A DNA stretch of 64,000 bases from positions 320,001 to 384,000 of the forward strand of contig JBGAHS010000006.1 of the NCBI GenBank assembly GCA_044226015.1, read 5' to 3'. The DNA comes from Candidatus Obscuribacteraceae bacterium (GTDB taxonomy: Bacteria; Cyanobacteriota; Vampirovibrionia; Obscuribacterales; Obscuribacteraceae). Position 1 is the stretch's first letter; each line of letters starts with the position of its first letter. Positions 12,601 to 18,600 of this stretch are shown piece by piece. The position numbers and the translations under genes were made by a program. Below the pieces are notes generated by a model. That model searched no databases, had not been told where the DNA came from, and was given only the letters and a program-made list of their open reading frames with translations.

Positions 12601-15600
12601 ATGCCAGCGTCTACTGTTGCGTTTACAACGTTACCAGTCTGTTTAGCCCGTTCCTGAGCTGTCTGCCAGTCACTCAACTTCCCAGCAGGCATCAAGCGCA
12701 TTCGACCATTATCAAATATTGGAACATAATCGTTTTTGTGAAAGACTTTTGCTTCCATTGTAGGTTTTTTATGGACGCTATCGACTCCCCACCAATTGTT
12801 GTAACTGTAGAACCGTGCCCATTGGTAGTCCTGATATCCAGTGACTTTCACATAGTCGCCTTTGGGATTTTCCTTGCCGTCTTTATCGCAAGGAACCGAA
12901 TCAAAACTATAACGTTTCAAGTTGAACTCTTCACCATTAGGCGCCCGCTTGCCCAGTTCATAGGAGCCATCGGGCTTAACTGCTAAGACTCGCCAATCTC
13001 CTTGTCCATCTGCTAGCCGAACAAATTTGCCAACATCACTTTCATCGCCTTTCAAAAGAGAAGGACTCTTGGGATCTTTTGGATTTTCTAGATTTGCTTT
13101 CTTGAAGGCTTCGACCTCTTCCTTCTTAACTTTGTGCTCACGCTCAAAATCGCCTTCTTCAACATGGACCAGCAAGCGGTCTTTCTCTGCCAATGCCAGA
13201 GTTAGTTCCTTTGTGACTTTATCGACAGCCGGAGACCATTTGGTTAACCAACGTTCCATCTTCTCAATCTTGGCGATGTTGGCTGGGTTGTTTCTATCAA
13301 TTCCTTCCGGCATATCAAGTTCAACCTTCACAGTGCCGTTTGAATTGCGCGTGAGCTTTCCAGGGAAATCGGGGTCTTTCAACGCGTCATCAGGAAATGT
13401 TGTAGCAGCCGCGCCCACATCCTTTTGCCATTTGAAGAAGTCATTCAAGCTTGGCCAGTCTCTTCCATGTGTAGTAGTGGCCGCGTTAAATGCTGCAATT
13501 GTTTCAGCGTAAGTTCTTACCCGATTTGCTGTTTCGATCCATGGAAGAGCACCAGCACGCCAGCGCAGCATTTCCTCAGGGCTGCCATCTTTTGGGGGAT
13601 TCCAATCAACAGGTTTAAGGCTAGGTATTTTCGATAATGACTCTTGAGTGTAGGCAACCTGCCCCGCAAGAACTGATTCATTATGGGACGCCTGTGCTTT
13701 AATAGTCCAAGCAAAAGCTCTAATGAACTTAGCTACGTCTTCCTCTGTCGGAAGCTGAGCATCTTTGATTTCTGAGAAATTCAAATTCGGCTTCACATCG
13801 CCAGCTCTCAGTCGTGCCCTGAACAGAGCATCGCCCTCTCTCATCTGGCTGCCACTCTCACTGATACCAGGTCCATACACAGCACCCGGAGGAAACTGTA
13901 AACCGCGCATATCTAGCATCTTCATCCAGTCAAGCGATTCGTTCTCCATGACTTTGCTTGCTTCTTGCCATAAGCGCTTCGACTCTGGTCCAAATTCACC
14001 GCGATCCCATTCATCCTTTAGTTTTTTCTCGTCAATAATGGGAACTCCAGCCTTTTTGTCCAATAGGGCTTTTTCATTTTGAATGGCAAGATTTCTTTGA
14101 ATGCCTGGCAACAACAGCATAAGAATATCAGTCGTCATCTTGCGATCAGGAAGCAAATCAAGTTTTGCTAGCACGGGTTTATCCGCAGCATCCTTTGCTT
14201 TGTCTCCAGATTGATTATCAGCAAGATCTTCATGGGTTGGGCGTTTGTAACCTGAGCCAGGTTTCTCCATTACGTCAGGGACGAACCCTGCTTTCAAGCC
14301 TGCATCTTCTGGAGCGAACTCAGGCACAGATTCATGGTCAGGAGCCGGACGACCTTCATAAGCGCCTGCTTTTATCTCAGCGGGAGGGGCAGCGGCAGCA
14401 GCCTTCTCACGGTAGGCTATGAAAGCACTTGCAAGAATAGTTAGCGCTACAAGCTTTCCTCGTACTGCACCACCTGGTCCTCTCTCCCCAGCGAGTCGTT
14501 CGATATCAGTTTCACTTGGGCGAAATCCCTTTATGATCTCTCGTGCTCTAGCCTCTGCTCTTATGCGATCAGGATTCTCTTTATCAGCGATCTTAAGTTG
14601 ATCAACGAACTTGCTTTCTGCGTCTATGGCAACCTTTAACTCGGCTATTTTTCGTTTATCTTGGTCTTTTTCTGCCTTACCTTCCTCAGCCTGCAGTTTT
14701 TCCTTCAGCCCTTTGATGCGACCTTCCCATAACTCTGCAAAGGTGACATCTCTATCAAAGCCACCAATCTTAACTCCAGTACTCGTAATCTCCAGTGCCG
14801 CAACTTTAGACGACAAGGGTGGAAGCTTGGAGACATCGAGCGCTGTAGCACTGCCTGTTACCGTTCCGACTTCGGATGGAAGTTCAACGTGGCGCGCAAG
14901 CGACTTGCTGACAAAATCGCGAACACCTGCACGGTCAGCCAAAGCAGCGGCGTCAGTGCCTCGAGACGTCTGCTCTACTACAAGAGAATAAACGGCTCTG
15001 CTAAGTTCACCAACATTGCCCCGCACAAGACCTTCGGGAAGCACGATTTTTGTCATGACTTTATCGGGAGCAATTTCAGTCTTGCTACCTTCGACATAGA
15101 ATTTGCCGTCGCTCCGAGTTACTTTCTTGTTCTCAGCGGTGCTGTATTCCACAGTTGCTTTTGTGGCGTCCTTTGAAATCTCGACATCAGTGTTGTTTTC
15201 AATGAGAAGAGAATCCTTAATTCCTTCTGCCTTTAGGAAATCAAATACGCTATCTCTCAACCTGGCACCGGCATCAAGAGGCGAATTCCGCAGTGAATTG
15301 CTGATTTCATTTACTTTTTCGTGAAACCTGCCAATGACTCCTTCATTTAGCAGTGATTTGTTGACGTTCAAACTCTCCACCGCAGATGGTGTCACGCTCG
15401 CTTCACGTTCCTTAAGTCTCTCTTGAATCAACCCGAGTCTTTCCTTGATGAGCTCGGCATTGGCACCATCTGGAATACCAAGTGCTTTACCCAACTTCTC
15501 TGGACTCATCTCGTCCAGAGCATAGTAGGTGTGAAACCAGCCTTCAGATCCTTTATTTGCGGTAGCTCTCTCGTGAGCCTCTAACTTCAAGTGCTCGTAG

Positions 15601-18600
15601 ATGCTCTTCAGTTCCTCTCCGGGTTTAGCATTTTCAATTGCAGCTTTAAGGGCTGCGCTGAATTCGGATTGCCCGGACGCCTCGGGCATAAGAGTCTTCA
15701 CAGCCAGTTCGGAATAAGCAATATTCAGACCTTGCTCTGCACTCAGACTTGGTTTAAGTGCACGAATTTCCGCAGCTTTCATGGATAGTTCTACTGCGTC
15801 TTTTGCAGAAACCCCACGAGTAATTTCCAGCATCGCTGCCTCTCTGGCAACAGCGGCATCAACTTTTTCAGCTTTGACTATGGCTTCTTGCCTGCTCAAG
15901 ATAGCATCTGCAGTCTTAGTGTCTACCTTGTACTTTGACTCGATTTCAATCACAGCTGCCATACGCTGGATAACTTCAGTTGCTTCCTTCTTCCCTCCTG
16001 TACGTTTGTATATTTCGCTAGCTGTAGCTTCGTCGATTCCCTCTGCCTTTTGCAGTATGTCGCCAAGGCGATTAATTCTATTTGCAGCTTGCGATAAAGG
16101 CGCACTTTGGCTCACCACGACTTCGAATACGCGAGCAAGCTCATTCGAAGATTTGAAATCGATAGGGTTGCTAGCACTAACATCACAAAGTGCTCTAAGA
16201 TGCTCTTTCATTTGAGCTAGTCTTGTGTGCGCTGGTCTGGCCACATCAAGCTGAGCTTCCACGATGTGAGCGAGGTCGCTTATATGACCTAGATCAATCT
16301 GTTTTTCTCTTCTTCCTGTCTTATCTCGAAACTCACTCATACCGATGATAGAGCCATCTTCATAAAGTCGAACCTTATGCACTTCTTTTAGTACTGAATT
16401 ATCGAGTTCGACCTCCTTGTACTTCATTGGCTTTCCGGTGGCTGCACTTCTTCTCGGTTCATATTCTTCCGAACCAGTATCAACACTGACGTCGGATTTT
16501 CCAGGACCCCCTTTCAGGTCCACTCCTCCCCAAGCTGAAGAGATGGCATCGTGTTCGAACCCTTTTACAAGCCTGTCACCCAGAGCTTTTAACGCATTGT
16601 AGTGCGGCAGTGCACTATTAGCACGGTGGTAGAGTTCCGCAAGCACCGGGTTTGCTGGAGTTTGACCACGAAAATAATCATGGAATCGCTTTATTCCCAC
16701 AGACTCTGCATATCTCTGATCTAACCCTAACCTACCAAAAGAGAGAAACGATGAGCGCATATCTTTATTGATTGTCGAAGCTTCTATAGATGGATGTTTG
16801 CCGACAAAACCTTGAACATATGAGCGCATCTCGGTCTCGTTTGCATTTGCCAGGCTTGAACCAATGGTTCCATCGGGTGGCACATGATTCCCGATAGCAG
16901 ATTCAGCAGGAGACCCTGCCCAGATTGCCTTACCCTTTGCCTCTTTTGTATAAAGGCTTCGAGTCCAGTCGATCGGATAAACTCTGTCTCCTTTCGGGTC
17001 AAGAAATATACCATCGATGCCGCAAGCATCAGCATTCGAGCCATGCGCTGCTGGAATGAAAACCAATTTGCCTTTCGAAGGAATTTCTTCCTTACATGCT
17101 TTCATAGCAGCTATTGACGCGTTGTACTCGTAAATATTACCTCTAGTGTCACTAGCATGAGGGGCTTTGAAATGTGGCGCTACTTCTAGATAGCGACTCC
17201 TTGCAAACTCGAGTACTTCTTTACTTACTTTGGGATCCAGAAAATGTGAATAGGGAATTTCCAATGCTTCCGCGTTCATCGGAATATTGATCAAGTCCGC
17301 AAAAACCCTCATTCTATCGGGTCCAAAGTTCTTTGCAAAACCAGGTTGTTTGAGGACATCAATTGCTTTTGTTAGCTCAGGAATTTTGTCTGGCTGAGCT
17401 TGTGCCAGTTGAATCATTTCAGATTTAATTCGCTCAACAAGCGCTGGCTCCATTCCAGCGTCGCGCATTTGATCTAACGGTGCAAGTTTCTGAGCAATCT
17501 CATTTACTGCAACGACTTTCTGAGATTCGAGCAGGCTGAGCTTAGCAAGATCTATCGGTAAACTAGCGTCTTTTGATACGGCTGAAACAAGGTCGAGCAA
17601 GGCTTGCCTTTTTGCGACATCCATTCCATTTCTGGTATCACCTATCTTTTCGATCGCATTGAGTGCACTCTGGCAAGCCTCCAGCCTATCACGATTGGAG
17701 CCGCTTCCTTCGCCTTTAGAAAGTACATCCACTTCCTTCAGCAGATTTGCATGAGCAGTCTTCAGTCGTTCTATAGCTTCGGGTTTAATACCGGCTTTTG
17801 CAAGGTCTTGCGCGGCTCTGTTCATATCAAAGCTTGACACCATTGCTGTTCCAATAATATCAGCGGCTTTATTCGTGCCTTCTGGAGCGTGTACATCAAT
17901 TGATTTTGGAAACTTACCTGTCTCTGAAAGTGTTAAAGCACGTTCAGCCAGTGCATTCACTTGCGCAATGGACAATTTAGTTTCCCTGGCGAAACGCTCT
18001 CTTGCTTCCCTCCTCTCGGCTTGCCCCTGAGGGTTCAATTCGTCAGAAACCTTTTTGATTTGAGCACGAACTTCAGCTGGAATTTCTCTTTCGGAAAAAT
18101 ACTTGAAGACTCCATTTATAGAGCCACCATAATTTCCTTTCCGGTCAATCTGCGGTGTACCATCTTTATTGAAAGCGTAATCAGTATCAATACGTGCGAT
18201 AGCAACATCCCCTGGATTGGGTCCCGTTCTCTCCACAACGAAGTTCAAACCATGCTGATCGTGATCACCCATAAGAGCACTAAAAGCAACAGTGCGAGCT
18301 ATTTCTGTGCGTAATTTCGGATCAATTTTATCCATCATGTGAAAGACTCGCTCATCTAGATGCGAATATTTCGCACGCAGTGCCGCATCTTCGCGCGACA
18401 TATTGTGCAGGAATGTATGCAGGTTAGAACCTTCAACACCCACGAACTTCTGAATCATCATGCCATCGCGCATAACGGTTGCAGGAAAGAGACCACTTGA
18501 ACCCATTCGTTCCGCGAGCTTTTGTGCAGCTAGATCATTATCAGCTCGAACCCAATCACGCACGTAAGCCGGCGGTTTGTGAATCATAACTTTTATGCGT

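Noticed and set aside
11952..12986. 344-aa plus-strand ORF and the many other antisense ORFs within the giant genes
   Set aside because: They lie entirely antisense to long, well-supported CDSs and show no recognisable motifs.
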